A DNA stretch of 64,000 bases from Sulfurospirillum sp. (GCA_024762875.1 JANTGR010000002.1:191-64190); one strand, 5' to 3'; shown: positions 52,641 to 63,165, counted from the first letter of the stretch. Translations and numbers: made by a program. Notes: generated by a model from the letters alone, not told the origin.

Positions 52641-52977
52641 AGGCATAGCGATAAGCCGAGTTCTGTCGTGGATGATTATTTATCTCTAAATTATCTTACG
52701 ATAATCCTCTAGCGAAGTGCGAAATTATAAGAGTTATACCATACACTTCTTGCTGCAGATTGGGTTTACCTAGCTGGTAAGATTGCTCAAACCACTGGTG
52801 AGCTCTTACCTCACCCTTTCACCGTGACTCCCGATTTCTTTCATGAAAATCGATAAGCCGTCTTCTCTCTGTTGCACTGGCCCTCAGGTTGCCCTGGCCA
52901 TCTGTTAGATGGAATCCTCTCTTATAGCAGCCCGGACTTTCCTCTATCATGATAGATAGCAATCATCTACTATGCCT
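52641..52977 (-). ncRNA. rnpB: RNase P RNA, bacterial type A
   Basis: The minus-strand read contains GAGGAAAGUCCGGGCU, GGUGAAAGGGUGAGGUAAGAGCUCACCAG, AGGUAAACCCAA and ACAGAACUCGGCUUAUCG. P1 pairing is GGCAUAG (5') with CUAUGCC (3'). Confidence 0.9.
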
Positions 52978-53011
52978 CACCTGTATTATAGCATATTTTT
53001 TTACTGTTTTC

Positions 53012-54889
53012 TCAAGCGCTTTTTTTCTTTTGGTCTATCTTGATGTAAATGTGCAGGATATCAATTGCTGCTGGGGTGACTCCTTGTATCTCTGAGGCAG
53101 CAAAGAGGGTTGGTGGATTGATTTTTTCAAATTTTTCGATGATTTCATGACTGAGACCGCTGACTTTTTTAAAGTCAAAATTAGATGGAATTTTAATATT
53201 GATATAGTTTTTCATCTTATCGATCTGCTCTTGCTGTTTTTTGATATAGTTGGCATATTTTGCCTCTATCATGATAAGTTCTTTACTGGCAATATCAAAC
53301 TCTTTTGTCTGGGGTACAAGTATCTCAAGTGTTTGGGTAGTACATTCTGGGCGGGCAATGATACTTTTGAGGTTGACTTTGTCAGCAATCTTTTTTTGAT
53401 AAAGTGAAGCTAAAAGTGCGTTATTCTCTTTAGAAGGTGTCATAAAGTTGTTCTCAAGAAAGAGCAGTGTTTCTTTGAGGTTTTTCTCTTTTTGCATCAT
53501 TTTTTCATAAGCTGTTTTCTGCACCAAACCCAAATCATAGCCATATCCTCTCAGTCTGATATCGGCATTGTCCTCACGTAAAAGCAGGCGAAATTCTGCA
53601 CGGGAAGTAAACATACGATAAGGCTCTTTGGTGCCTTTTGTGACCAAATCATCAATCAATACACCAATATAGGCTTCATCACGGCGAAGAATCAGCGGCT
53701 CTTTTTCATCTATGGCTAAAACAGCATTGATACCTGCCATCAGACCCTGGGCGGCGGCTTCTTCATAACCTGTTGTACCGTTGATCTGGCCTGCCATGTA
53801 CAGCCCGGCTATTTTTTTGGTTTCAAGGGTATGCTTTAGTTCTGTAGGGTTGATATAGTCGTACTCGATGGCATAGCCATAACGGACAATTTTAGCATTT
53901 TCCATCCCTTTTATAGAGTGAATGATATCACGTTGTACATCTACAGGCAGAGACGTTGTCAACCCATTGATATAGTATTCTGTCGCTTCAATAGTCTGTG
54001 GTTCGATAAAAAGATGGTGCCGTTCTTTGTCTGCAAAACGGTTGACCTTGTCCTCGATACTAGGACAGTAACGTGGTCCTATACCCTCTATCTGCCCGGT
54101 AAACATGGGCGCACGGTAAAAGTTGTCCGCGATGATCGAATGTGTGTCAACATTGGTATATGTGATAAAACAGGGTAATTGTGTTGGTGAAAAATGTTCT
54201 TTGTCACTTTCAAATGAGAAAGGAAGAGGTGTGGTATCACCACCTTGTTCTTCCATCACGGAAAAATCGATACTTTTTGCATCTATACGGGGACAGGTAC
54301 CTGTTTTGAGCCGTCCGATGTCCAATCCCAGGGATTTGATACTTTCACTCAGTTCATAAGAGGCAAATTCTCCCTGTCTCCCGGCTTTTTGTTTTTTATC
54401 ACCTATATGAATGAGCCCGGCAAGAAAAGTACCTGAAGTGATAATGATTTTTTGTGCAAAATAATGGTTGCCAAGCTGTGTGATGACACCCTTGACGCAG
54501 TTATCTTCTACGATCAATTCATCAGCAATCTCCTGTTTGATGGTGAGATTGGGAGTATTTAGACAAATATCACGCATATACATGGCGTAACGATCCATAT
54601 CAATTTGAGCACGGCTGCCGCGTACTGCAGGTCCTTTGGAAGCGTTGAGGATACGAAACTGTATGCCTGTGGCATCTGTTGCTTTTCCCATCTCACCGCC
54701 CAGTGCATCCACTTCTTTGACCAGATGTCCTTTGGCAAGACCACCAATGGCAGGATTACAGGATGCAGCACCGATACGCTCTACCAGTATCGTCACAAGG
54801 AGTGTTTTTTTACCCATTCTCGCACTGGCCAGTGACGCTTCTATCCCGGCATGCCCACCGCCGATAACAATAACATCAAAATCTATCAT
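53012..54889 (-). CDS. mnmG: tRNA uridine-5-carboxymethylaminomethyl synthesis enzyme MnmG (GidA)
   Basis: 625 aa with FAD motif [13 protein letters not shown]. Confidence 0.95.
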   Translation of the reverse strand: MIDFDVIVIGGGHAGIEASLASARMGKKTLLVTILVERIGAASCNPAIGGLAKGHLVKEVDALGGEMGKATDATGIQFRILNASKGPAVRGSRAQIDMDRYAMYMRDICLNTPNLTIKQEIADELIVEDNCVKGVITQLGNHYFAQKIIITSGTFLAGLIHIGDKKQKAGRQGEFASYELSESIKSLGLDIGRLKTGTCPRIDAKSIDFSVMEEQGGDTTPLPFSFESDKEHFSPTQLPCFITYTNVDTHSIIADNFYRAPMFTGQIEGIGPRYCPSIEDKVNRFADKERHHLFIEPQTIEATEYYINGLTTSLPVDVQRDIIHSIKGMENAKIVRYGYAIEYDYINPTELKHTLETKKIAGLYMAGQINGTTGYEEAAAQGLMAGINAVLAIDEKEPLILRRDEAYIGVLIDDLVTKGTKEPYRMFTSRAEFRLLLREDNADIRLRGYGYDLGLVQKTAYEKMMQKEKNLKETLLFLENNFMTPSKENNALLASLYQKKIADKVNLKSIIARPECTTQTLEILVPQTKEFDIASKELIMIEAKYANYIKKQQEQIDKMKNYINIKIPSNFDFKKVSGLSHEIIEKFEKINPPTLFAASEIQGVTPAAIDILHIYIKIDQKKKSA

Positions 54890-54974
54890 GATAACCCTAA
54901 ATCTATATTTTTAAAGCATTATAACAAATAAAGGTTAAGCAGGGTTTATCTTGGTATGGCGCTTTCTAGTGAAA

Positions 54975-56723
54975 TCAACTTTCAATTTTCTCTTTCTCTT
55001 CAACGAGTTGTGGTTTTGGCTCATAAAAGTAAAAGCCCTGAAATTCTTTAATGCCTAGAGATTTTAAGATGGTGAGGATATGTTCAGAGTGTACAAATTC
55101 TGCGATTACAGAGATCCCCAGTTCTTTGGAAAATTCTACAATGGCTTTGACAATCGTGAGTGAACTCAAGTCTGTATCGATATCTTTGACCAGTGAACCA
55201 TCTATTTTGATATAGTCTGGTGACGTTTGTACGATGTGCTGAAAAGATGAAAAACCTGAACCAAAATCATCAATGGCAATGCGTACACCATAGGTTCTAA
55301 ATTGATCTATAAAGTTTTTGAGCATCACATAATCACCTATATTTTCGCTCTCAACGATTTCAAAGATCAGTCTGTTTCCAATGGAATATTGACTTAAGGT
55401 ATCGGTGAGCAGGTTGATAATCTCAGGGTTGGTAAAGTCATTGTAGGTCAAGTTGATTGTGAGTGTATGTTCACCCCTCTTGAGACTCTCTAAAGCTGCA
55501 TGGATGATGATATAAGAGAGCTGGGGATAGAGTTTGGTTTTTACGGCAGTATCCAAAAAAAAGAAAGGGGATATAAGTTTTTCTACACCTCTTTCTACTA
55601 CACGCATACGCATCAGCGTTTCATACTTTAAAATTGTACCGTTTTGATCAACAATAGGCTGAAATACCGGAATGATATTATTGGTCAAAATGGCAGTTTC
55701 GATTTTATTTTTCCATTCGACAACTTCCTGCATTTTGTCCAGTGAATTGAGGGCATTATTATAGATAACATATTGGTGGTGATTGTTTTTGGCATGTTTC
55801 AGTGCGATATCTGCATGGGTGAGAATATTCTCATTTTCAAGTGCCAGTCCCATCGTGGTATCTACATTGACTTCTTGGGCGATATCCTCCATATACAGAT
55901 GTAGATTGGTGGTGGATTCAGACAATTTGTTGATAAATGAAAAAGCATCTTCATAACGCAAAGAAGTATGCGCCAGGGCAAATTCATCCCCTGATGTGCG
56001 GTAGAGTTTACAGCCGGTTTCTTTGGCATATTTTGAGAGGAGATTGGAAACTTTGATGATGACTTGATTGCCGATTTCTGAACCGTAAAGATCATTGATA
56101 AACTGCAAACGGTCTATATCTACCAGGGTAAGCATCGTAAAATTCTCAGTTTTGAGATCACTGCTTAAGAGATGGCGATTGTACAACCCTGTCAGTGCAT
56201 CATAAGAGAGCTGTTTCTCCAACTCTTCGGTACGCTCTTTTACTTCTTTTTCCAGTGTCATTGCCATATTGGCAAGTTTTTCATGATAGAGATCGGAGAG
56301 GTGTTCGTTGTAAATTTCTTTGGATTTTTTATAAAGTGCCAGCACAAGCTGTTTGGTTTGCAGCGGTTTGATGAGAAATTTATCGACACCAAGATTGATT
56401 AATTTGGTCAGATAATGGGGTTCATTGTAGGCTGAGACCACAAAGATACTCTGTTTGCTGTTATAGTCCATGATTGCTTCTGACATCTCGATGCCATTCA
56501 TGACCGGCATATTGATATCAGTGATGACGATATCATAATAGTGACTATTTTGTTGAAAAAATGTTTTGTATTGTTCTAAACCGTTTTTCCCGTTATCACA
56601 TACATCTACACTTGCAAAAAAATCTTCCAGTATTTCTACCGTTTCTGTTCTTAATCCTGCATCATCTTCAACATAAAGCAGATGCAGGTTCTGTGTATAT
56701 TTGTATAATTCTTTAAAATCCAT
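54975..56723 (-). CDS. Response regulator with REC, GGDEF-like and EAL-like domains
   Basis: ORF 54975..56819. The internal Met gives MDFKELYKYTQNLHLLYVEDD (REC). GGDEF position reads SGDEF, EAL position reads EIV. DDFGSGFSS, KIDGS and QGFYF are present. Confidence 0.85.
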   Translation of the reverse strand: MDFKELYKYTQNLHLLYVEDDAGLRTETVEILEDFFASVDVCDNGKNGLEQYKTFFQQNSHYYDIVITDINMPVMNGIEMSEAIMDYNSKQSIFVVSAYNEPHYLTKLINLGVDKFLIKPLQTKQLVLALYKKSKEIYNEHLSDLYHEKLANMAMTLEKEVKERTEELEKQLSYDALTGLYNRHLLSSDLKTENFTMLTLVDIDRLQFINDLYGSEIGNQVIIKVSNLLSKYAKETGCKLYRTSGDEFALAHTSLRYEDAFSFINKLSESTTNLHLYMEDIAQEVNVDTTMGLALENENILTHADIALKHAKNNHHQYVIYNNALNSLDKMQEVVEWKNKIETAILTNNIIPVFQPIVDQNGTILKYETLMRMRVVERGVEKLISPFFFLDTAVKTKLYPQLSYIIIHAALESLKRGEHTLTINLTYNDFTNPEIINLLTDTLSQYSIGNRLIFEIVESENIGDYVMLKNFIDQFRTYGVRIAIDDFGSGFSSFQHIVQTSPDYIKIDGSLVKDIDTDLSSLTIVKAIVEFSKELGISVIAEFVHSEHILTILKSLGIKEFQGFYFYEPKPQLVEEKEKIES

Positions 56724-56787
56724 AATTTCCCGCTCACACATTTTCTTATAGTGAATATCGGCAATTATGAAAATAGTTGAAGCATTT

Positions 56788-58308
56788 TTAAAAAATAATT
56801 TTAAAGCGTGCACCCCCATTATGATTTGAGACTTCTATTTTTCCCTGACAGTGATCTTCTATCATTGTTTTTGTCATATACAGCCCCAGCCCCGTACCGT
56901 TTTTGTCATCTTTGGTAGAAAAATAGGGATCAAAAATCTTATCAATAATTGCATCGGGAATACCCCCGCCATTGTCTGTGATGGTGATAATAAACGCTTC
57001 TTTCTCTTCATAGCCCTTGATTGTGATAGCAGGCTGGCTGATATCAGCCGTAGAGAAATGATCGATAGCATTTTTCAGGATATTGAGCAGTGCCTGTAAA
57101 ATTTCATTCTGATAGGTTTCGATGCTGTGGTTAAAGTGTATGGAAGTAGAAACATTGATATGATGATCCAGGAGGCCAGGATGGACAATATTTAAGGCTT
57201 TATGAATGATTTCTTCCAAATTCACGGTTGTTTTTTCTTTATTAGGTTTGAAAAAGTTTCTAAAATCTTCAATTGTGGTACTGAGATGATCAACATAGGT
57301 GGACATCTTCTCCAGTTTTTGCATCAGATATTTTTCCTGTAGCTGTTGTCCCTCTTTTGTGTCTAAGTCAAATTTCTTCATCTGAATCTTGGTGATGATA
57401 CCGATGATAGAAGCAGAGATGGCACCCAGCGGCTGTCGCCATTGATGCGCAATCATGCTGATCATTTCACCCATTTGTGCCAGTCTTGACTGGGCATAGA
57501 GCTGCTTCTCTTTTTCTTTGAGATCTGTTAAATCCCAAAAGGTAACGATACGGGATACCTTCCCCTGGTATATGATATTGGATCCGGATACATATGCCGG
57601 AAAAGTCGTGCCGTCTTTTCTCAAAAGTGTCCATTCTGACTCAGCATGGGCTTGTTGATTTAAATGCATCAGTTTTCCCCGGTCTTTATCCGAAATGACG
57701 GTAAAGATATGTTTTCCGATACCATCTTCATAGGTATAACCAAATTTTTCAAGAGCGGACTGATTGATTTCGATACAGTTAAGATTTTCATCAAAAAGTG
57801 CCAACCCCTCACTCATGGTATCAATGAGTGTTTTGAAGTTGATCAGGTTATCAGTATTTTTTTCTGCCTGAATAGTTGTTGACAGCGCATTGGCAAATTT
57901 ATTACATAAGGGAAGCAGTGCCTTGGCAATAGTTTGTGAAAAAGGGTGAGTATTGCGCAGCAGGATTAATAATCCAAATCCCTCAAGATTAAAGATATGA
58001 TAATAGATTTGTCTGTTTTCGATGATCCTGTATGGCTTGGCAGTATCCAAGACAAGATCTTGTTGATCATCTGCACAAAAATCTTCCAAAAACTGTTTTG
58101 TTTTTGCTTGTGAAAAAAGATTTTTCGGGAGCATATAATAATGGCTATAGGCGGATGGTTTTTTTTGACACAATAGTGCGCCGGAACAATTGAGCTGCCG
58201 CATAAAACTTGAGAGTGCATCTTTTGCCAAAGCGGTAGAATTGGTACTTGTTCCTATATGCATGGAGATTTCATAGAGGGTTGTCTGAAGTTGGTAATTG
58301 CTAAACAT
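56788..58308 (-). CDS. Cytoplasmic PAS sensor histidine kinase (H-box AHQWRQPL)
   Basis: ORF 56788..58548. The ATG at 58308 (MFSNYQ) overlaps the stop of the upstream FIST gene by 8 nt. The listed N-terminal 80 aa lie inside the FIST gene and are probably not translated. Confidence 0.8.
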   Translation of the reverse strand: MFSNYQLQTTLYEISMHIGTSTNSTALAKDALSSFMRQLNCSGALLCQKKPSAYSHYYMLPKNLFSQAKTKQFLEDFCADDQQDLVLDTAKPYRIIENRQIYYHIFNLEGFGLLILLRNTHPFSQTIAKALLPLCNKFANALSTTIQAEKNTDNLINFKTLIDTMSEGLALFDENLNCIEINQSALEKFGYTYEDGIGKHIFTVISDKDRGKLMHLNQQAHAESEWTLLRKDGTTFPAYVSGSNIIYQGKVSRIVTFWDLTDLKEKEKQLYAQSRLAQMGEMISMIAHQWRQPLGAISASIIGIITKIQMKKFDLDTKEGQQLQEKYLMQKLEKMSTYVDHLSTTIEDFRNFFKPNKEKTTVNLEEIIHKALNIVHPGLLDHHINVSTSIHFNHSIETYQNEILQALLNILKNAIDHFSTADISQPAITIKGYEEKEAFIITITDNGGGIPDAIIDKIFDPYFSTKDDKNGTGLGLYMTKTMIEDHCQGKIEVSNHNGGARFKIIF

Positions 58309-59413
58309 CAGCAACCTTGGCGACGACGGCTGTGGAGTTATAAAGTTCAAGGTAATGGTCTTTGTTATTGGCAATCTCACCAATAGAAAGCGCACCAACC
58401 AAAAGCTCATCTTCAGCATAAATGGCTTCAATCTCTTGAGAAAAATTCTCACCCAACACCAAGAGTCTCGCCAGGCATCCGATGTAGAGTTTGAAACTTT
58501 TTTGATAGGATTTATTTTCACTGAGTGTGGAAGCATTTTTAGCTGCATCGATCAACTGTGTCTGGTTGGCGTGCAGGATCTGGATGGAACTGTTTTCCAG
58601 TACATCGCCGGTACAGATCAATGCAAAATCTTCGCTCAACCGGTTTGCCACACGGACAATGTTGTCACCTGTGAGCCTGTTGATACCCAGGGGATAAGAT
58701 CTGGCTACTTCAAAAAACTCTTCTGTTTTAAGTGTTTTGCCGCTGTGGGATTCTATCACTTGTTTGAAAATTTCAAAAGCGGGCTGGTAATCTATCTCAT
58801 AGATGACATTACCTTTGGAGTGCGTTACCAGGTAAGTTCGCTCTTCTACAGGTTCCCATCCGTGCTTGACCCCGATAGTACTCTCAGCTGAAGTTGCGGC
58901 AAAAAGCAATGCATCTTCCAGCAGCCCTTCATTGGAAAATAAAATAGGTTTTTTTTGAAAATCTTTCCCTGCTGCAGAGCCGCCGACATAATTGACACTG
59001 AGTCCATAATTGTTAAAGATTGACTGGATAATGGTGTCGATATTTTGACTGATACCGTCAAAAAAGAGAAATACCGTATTGATCGTATTGTCCAATATAC
59101 CGACTTTCTCTTCAATGACACTGTCATAATCCCTCTGTTGTGAAATATTGTGGATAACCGTAACATCAAAAGCATTTTTGAGTCCCAAAAGGATACTGCC
59201 TTGGTTGTATTGTCTGTTTTTATAAACAATTGCAGGAAAAATGCCGCCGATAACCGGGACCAAAGAAGCTGTCAGAATCGGATCAAGTGCTTTTTGGTCA
59301 AAACCGTTTTCATCACATGCCAAGATGATGATAGCATTGCATTCTTGCTCTAAAGCAGTGAAGTGTTGTTTAAAGTTTTCTATACTTTTATCTTCAAGTA
59401 GTATACTTATCAT
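58301..59413 (-). CDS. FIST (N+C) sensory domain protein
   Basis: 370 aa. The layout and motifs (ILACDENG, GGIFPAIV, GALSIGEI) resemble FIST_N/FIST_C proteins as I recall them. First gene of a three-gene signalling operon. Confidence 0.65.
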   Translation of the reverse strand: MISILLEDKSIENFKQHFTALEQECNAIIILACDENGFDQKALDPILTASLVPVIGGIFPAIVYKNRQYNQGSILLGLKNAFDVTVIHNISQQRDYDSVIEEKVGILDNTINTVFLFFDGISQNIDTIIQSIFNNYGLSVNYVGGSAAGKDFQKKPILFSNEGLLEDALLFAATSAESTIGVKHGWEPVEERTYLVTHSKGNVIYEIDYQPAFEIFKQVIESHSGKTLKTEEFFEVARSYPLGINRLTGDNIVRVANRLSEDFALICTGDVLENSSIQILHANQTQLIDAAKNASTLSENKSYQKSFKLYIGCLARLLVLGENFSQEIEAIYAEDELLVGALSIGEIANNKDHYLELYNSTAVVAKVADV

Positions 59414-59478
59414 CTAAGAGATCCTTTTATATGGTGAACAGTTTTAAAAGAGATTATAACATAAAGATGGGAGAAATA

Positions 59479-60183
59479 ATGAATAAAAAAGTGTTGACGT
59501 TACTAATGAGCATACTTTTGGCAGTAGGCAGTTTTGCTTATACCAACTATCATGATAAGTATAAGAGAGTGAACAAAGTCTCTACAGAAAATCTGTTGGC
59601 GATCTCCTGGCAAAATGCTTTTTGCCAAATGCATCAAAATAAAAGAGAGTGCCGCAATGTCAAACCCACCGCTTATGCTGCATCACATTTTACGCTGCAT
59701 GGTTTATGGCCGCAGCCTAGAAACAATGTAAATTGTCAAGGAAACCCTAAAGTGAGACTTGACAAAGCGCTTTACCAGGAATTATTAGTTGTGATGCCTG
59801 CGGCAAAAAGTGGTTTGCAAAATCATGAATGGAAAAAACACGGTACCTGTTATGGCAAAAAAGCCGATGCCTATTTTGAAGATTCCATTGCGCTGGTAAA
59901 ACAGATCAACGCTTCTGCAGTCAGGGAACTGTTTAAGCGCAATGTTGGCCGTCAGCTTAGTAAAAAAAATGTTATGCTGGCATTTGATAAAGCGTTTGGT
60001 AAAGGAGCTGGCAGAAAAGTCAAGATGATGTGCAAAAAAGGACTGATTACTGAATTGCAGATCAATTTAGAGGGCAAGATTGACCCGGAGACTAATCTAA
60101 AAGAGTTATTAAAGGGGGCAAAAAACGCACGAGGAGGATGTATGAAGGGTAGAGTAGATGCTGTAGGATTTGGCAGGAAGTAG
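59479..60183 (+). CDS. Secreted ribonuclease T2-family protein (RNase I-like)
   Basis: ORF 59431..60183. The ATG at 59479 after GGGAGA gives a signal peptide MNKKVLTLLMSILLAVGSFA. Catalytic motifs FTLHGLWPQ and HEWKKHGTC. Confidence 0.85.
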   Translation: MNKKVLTLLMSILLAVGSFAYTNYHDKYKRVNKVSTENLLAISWQNAFCQMHQNKRECRNVKPTAYAASHFTLHGLWPQPRNNVNCQGNPKVRLDKALYQELLVVMPAAKSGLQNHEWKKHGTCYGKKADAYFEDSIALVKQINASAVRELFKRNVGRQLSKKNVMLAFDKAFGKGAGRKVKMMCKKGLITELQINLEGKIDPETNLKELLKGAKNARGGCMKGRVDAVGFGRK

Positions 60184-60199
60184 GGGAATACCCTGTTTT

Positions 60200-61315
60200 T
60201 TATGCTGTGATAGTATGCAGCAGCTCTTCCAAAAGGACTGTTGCATACGAGCCTTTTGGTAAAGAAAAGTTCAGTTCTACCTGCCACTCATCTTCTTTAT
60301 AGGCTATCTCCAGATCTTCTGCCCAGATCCATGCAAAACGTCTTGTTCCGTTCATCTGAGACTCAAACTGCTGGGCTTCTTTGGAAAAATCTTTTTCAAA
60401 ATTGGCAGCGATACCCGTTGCATGTGTCGCTTTTTTACCGGCAAGCAGTCCTGTGACGGTGATATCTTTCTCAAAAAACCGCTGTGCTTCTGCTGCTAAA
60501 TCTTCACAGATGAAAATCCGTCCGTGCGGGTAGTGGTGCATCAGCTCACCGGGCAGCATTTTGAAAAAATGAGGCTGATTTTTCACTTGCCTAATCGTTT
60601 CGATTGGAAAATTAAAAAGTGTATCTAGCTCTTTCTCATCAAATGAATCAAAAAGTTTGGAAATTTCTACACGCTTAGAGAGCCAAAGATTAAAAAGGTG
60701 ACTTTGATAGGCTGAGATAAAAAACTTTTTCATTTTTTTATTGCGCTCTTTGATTTCACCGTTTAGTACTTTTTTGGCATGTTCATAATTATCTCCATCT
60801 TTGCCAAAACGCTGATAGCCAAAATAGTTGGGAAAGCCCAGTTTCTTGATCGATTTGACTGCTTCTTTGAGCTTTTTGGCGTCAGTAGGATTGACTTTTT
60901 TGAGGCGGATGAAAAAGTGGTTGCCTTTTAGATGGCCGATTTTGAGTTTGTTTTTGTGATAGGTTTTATGTATGATTTTGATCTTATCATGATGGAAGTT
61001 CTCCAGGGTGGACTCTTTGTTTTTGGGCATAGAGATAAACTGCACGGTCATTCCCTCTTTGTCTTTCAGCCCTGCATATCCAAAGTCACGCTCTTTGACA
61101 CCGGTAAGACCTGAGAGATATTTGAGCATTTGCCAGGTTGTCATATCTTTTTTACGGATTTGTAAAATGAGATGTTCCCCTTCACCTGTGAACTCATATA
61201 AAGGAATTTCACTGACAACAAAGTCTTTACTGTTTTTAGCAAAGTGCGCAGATATAGGTGCATGGTTGAGGTAAAAGAGTCTATTCAAAATGATTTTCCT
61301 GACACACCGTTTCAT
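60200..61315 (-). CDS. truD: tRNA pseudouridine(13) synthase TruD
   Basis: ORF 60200..61339. YLNHAPISAHFAKNSKDFVVSEIPLYEFTGEGEHL and YAGLKDK motifs. Start uncertain: ATG at 61315 or TTG at 61288, both overlapping the thiL end. Confidence 0.8.
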   Translation of the reverse strand: MKRCVRKIILNRLFYLNHAPISAHFAKNSKDFVVSEIPLYEFTGEGEHLILQIRKKDMTTWQMLKYLSGLTGVKERDFGYAGLKDKEGMTVQFISMPKNKESTLENFHHDKIKIIHKTYHKNKLKIGHLKGNHFFIRLKKVNPTDAKKLKEAVKSIKKLGFPNYFGYQRFGKDGDNYEHAKKVLNGEIKERNKKMKKFFISAYQSHLFNLWLSKRVEISKLFDSFDEKELDTLFNFPIETIRQVKNQPHFFKMLPGELMHHYPHGRIFICEDLAAEAQRFFEKDITVTGLLAGKKATHATGIAANFEKDFSKEAQQFESQMNGTRRFAWIWAEDLEIAYKEDEWQVELNFSLPKGSYATVLLEELLHTITA

Positions 61316-62105
61316 AAGCACCATCGGTAACTTTTGCAAAAAAGGTGATTTGAGTATTGTTTTCTTGTGCTATTTGCATAATTGTATCACAATCTTTTTC
61401 TTTGCAGGAAAAAAGGACTTCATACTCTTCCCCCGAACATAAAATAGCCTCATCCATGTTACTAAAAAACGCAAAGCCTTTTTTATTCATACTTGAAAGT
61501 CGTGATAAATCTTTACTCAGGCCATCGGATATATCCATCGCTGTGGTGAAGTATGGCGCAGCTGCGTAGAAAAAATCTGCTTTTAAATCAGGTGTGATGA
61601 ATTTGGAAGCAGGGGAGATTGTCTCTCCTCGAAAAAGTGTGTCTAAATCTTTTTGAACAGAGCCCAAAGAGCCAGTAAAGCCTACAATGTCATCTATCTT
61701 TAAGCCTGTTCTTCTCACGGGATTGTGCGTATGTGAAATGAGGGTGATAGAGATATCCAACTGATCCCCAGCCACCGTATCGCCACCGATGATTTGAAAG
61801 TCAAACTCTTTGGAAGCTTTTAAAAAGCCATGAGAGAGTGCATCAAGTTCTGCTTTGGCAAAGGTTTTTGGGATTTTGATGCCGATGAGTGCCTGTTTGG
61901 GTCTGGCATTCATTACAATGGCATCAGAGATATTGACCAGCATACTTTTATAAGCGATCTGCTCCAGGCTCATCCAGTCACGTTTAAAGTGGATATCTTC
62001 ACAAAAAAGGTCTTTGGAATAAACCAATTCATCGATAACTGCGCCATCATCTCCGATGTGGGCATCTTTAAAAAGGGAGATGAAGTAGGACTCTTTATCT
62101 ATCAT
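61281..62105 (-). CDS. thiL: Thiamine-monophosphate kinase
   Basis: 274 aa with the HIGDDGAVI motif and AIR-synthase-like fold signatures. Confidence 0.8.
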   Translation of the reverse strand: MIDKESYFISLFKDAHIGDDGAVIDELVYSKDLFCEDIHFKRDWMSLEQIAYKSMLVNISDAIVMNARPKQALIGIKIPKTFAKAELDALSHGFLKASKEFDFQIIGGDTVAGDQLDISITLISHTHNPVRRTGLKIDDIVGFTGSLGSVQKDLDTLFRGETISPASKFITPDLKADFFYAAAPYFTTAMDISDGLSKDLSRLSSMNKKGFAFFSNMDEAILCSGEEYEVLFSCKEKDCDTIMQIAQENNTQITFFAKVTDGAYETVCQENHFE

Positions 62106-62123
62106 GACAGGGTGTGCATATGG

Positions 62124-62948
62124 TTATTGTTCACTTTCACACTTATCTTCCTGTTTGTCGATAGAGAAAAATCCACATCCCTCTTTATCACTGGAACCGT
62201 TGATATTGAAAAGGTCGTCTGTTGTGGGCAAAGGGGTATCTTGTGACTCGGACTCTTTTTGGGAAAATGAATCAATAATCGCTTCATCACCGTTTAGTAT
62301 CTCTACCACCTGATCTTTTTTGACTATCATGATAGGAATGGTGCTAAAGTTTAAAAAAGTGGCAAAATTTTTGGCTTCAGGTGAGTTGATATCAAGCTTG
62401 GTAAAATTGATATCATTTTCTTTAAAATATGTTTTTACTTTTTTACAGTGCGGGCAGGTTGGTGACTGGATAAGGTAGGTGCCGTTTTTGACCACAAAAG
62501 CAGCCGTTTTAGGGATGGCCAAAAAGCTAAGCGCCGTTACCAGTGCCAATACCGCCGAAAGTGCCATCACCGCGTATCGACCAGATGCAGTGATCATGAT
62601 AGCCCATAAAAAAGCATAGACACCCATGCAGAACTTACACATCTCGGGTGAGACAAAGTACTGGTAACCCAGCATGATAGTTTCAAAAAGTAAAGAGACA
62701 AAAAGGACGAGATAAAAAAACTTTTTACTGACTTTATCATGATAACTCAGCCAGCCGAGTATCATGATAAGCAGTGAAACAGCAACGCCGATGTAGTTGA
62801 GATAAAGGCTGTCAAAACGCAGCAGATTATCAGCAAAAAGGCAGCCTGTGGAGTGACAGAGTGAAGAGTGAGAGAGTTTTAATCCCGTCTCTATGGCATT
62901 GTAGAGAAAAAAGAAAATAGGCAAAACGATGAAAGCTATTTTTTGCAT
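62124..62948 (-). CDS. VKOR-like membrane protein fused to a glutaredoxin/NrdH-like CPHC domain
   Basis: 274 aa with about 5 TM helices. Loop cysteines CHSTGC, membrane CKFC, then SPTCPHCKKVKTYF...TIPIMIVK (Grx fold with cis-Pro) and an acidic Cys-containing tail. Confidence 0.65.
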   Translation of the reverse strand: MQKIAFIVLPIFFFLYNAIETGLKLSHSSLCHSTGCLFADNLLRFDSLYLNYIGVAVSLLIMILGWLSYHDKVSKKFFYLVLFVSLLFETIMLGYQYFVSPEMCKFCMGVYAFLWAIMITASGRYAVMALSAVLALVTALSFLAIPKTAAFVVKNGTYLIQSPTCPHCKKVKTYFKENDINFTKLDINSPEAKNFATFLNFSTIPIMIVKKDQVVEILNGDEAIIDSFSQKESESQDTPLPTTDDLFNINGSSDKEGCGFFSIDKQEDKCESEQ

Positions 62949-63165
62949 CGATGTGTTCCTTTGTCTGTTATAGTTTAGGTTGTTGTTATGATAGCAGTAG
63001 CTTGGTAAATGTTTGTTAAGATTGAGAATTTTTTAAGAGTAATTAGTCAAACTTAAAGAGTGGTGAGGAACAAGCATTTTGATGAATCTATACTATCATG
63101 ATAAAAATAGTTGATGGAACTCTTTGTGTTCGTGGTCAACCGCGATTAGAGCTTGATTTAGGCTT

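Noticed and set aside
56724-56819. N-terminal extensions in the ORF track for the REC-GGDEF-EAL gene. The same applies to the kinase (58309-58548), rpiB (52541-52585), rpoZ (18277-18333), rodA (25126-25203) and RNase T2 (59431-59478).
   Set aside because: The extensions overlap upstream genes or lack a ribosome-binding site. Internal starts give canonical N-termini, so I report the shorter coordinates.
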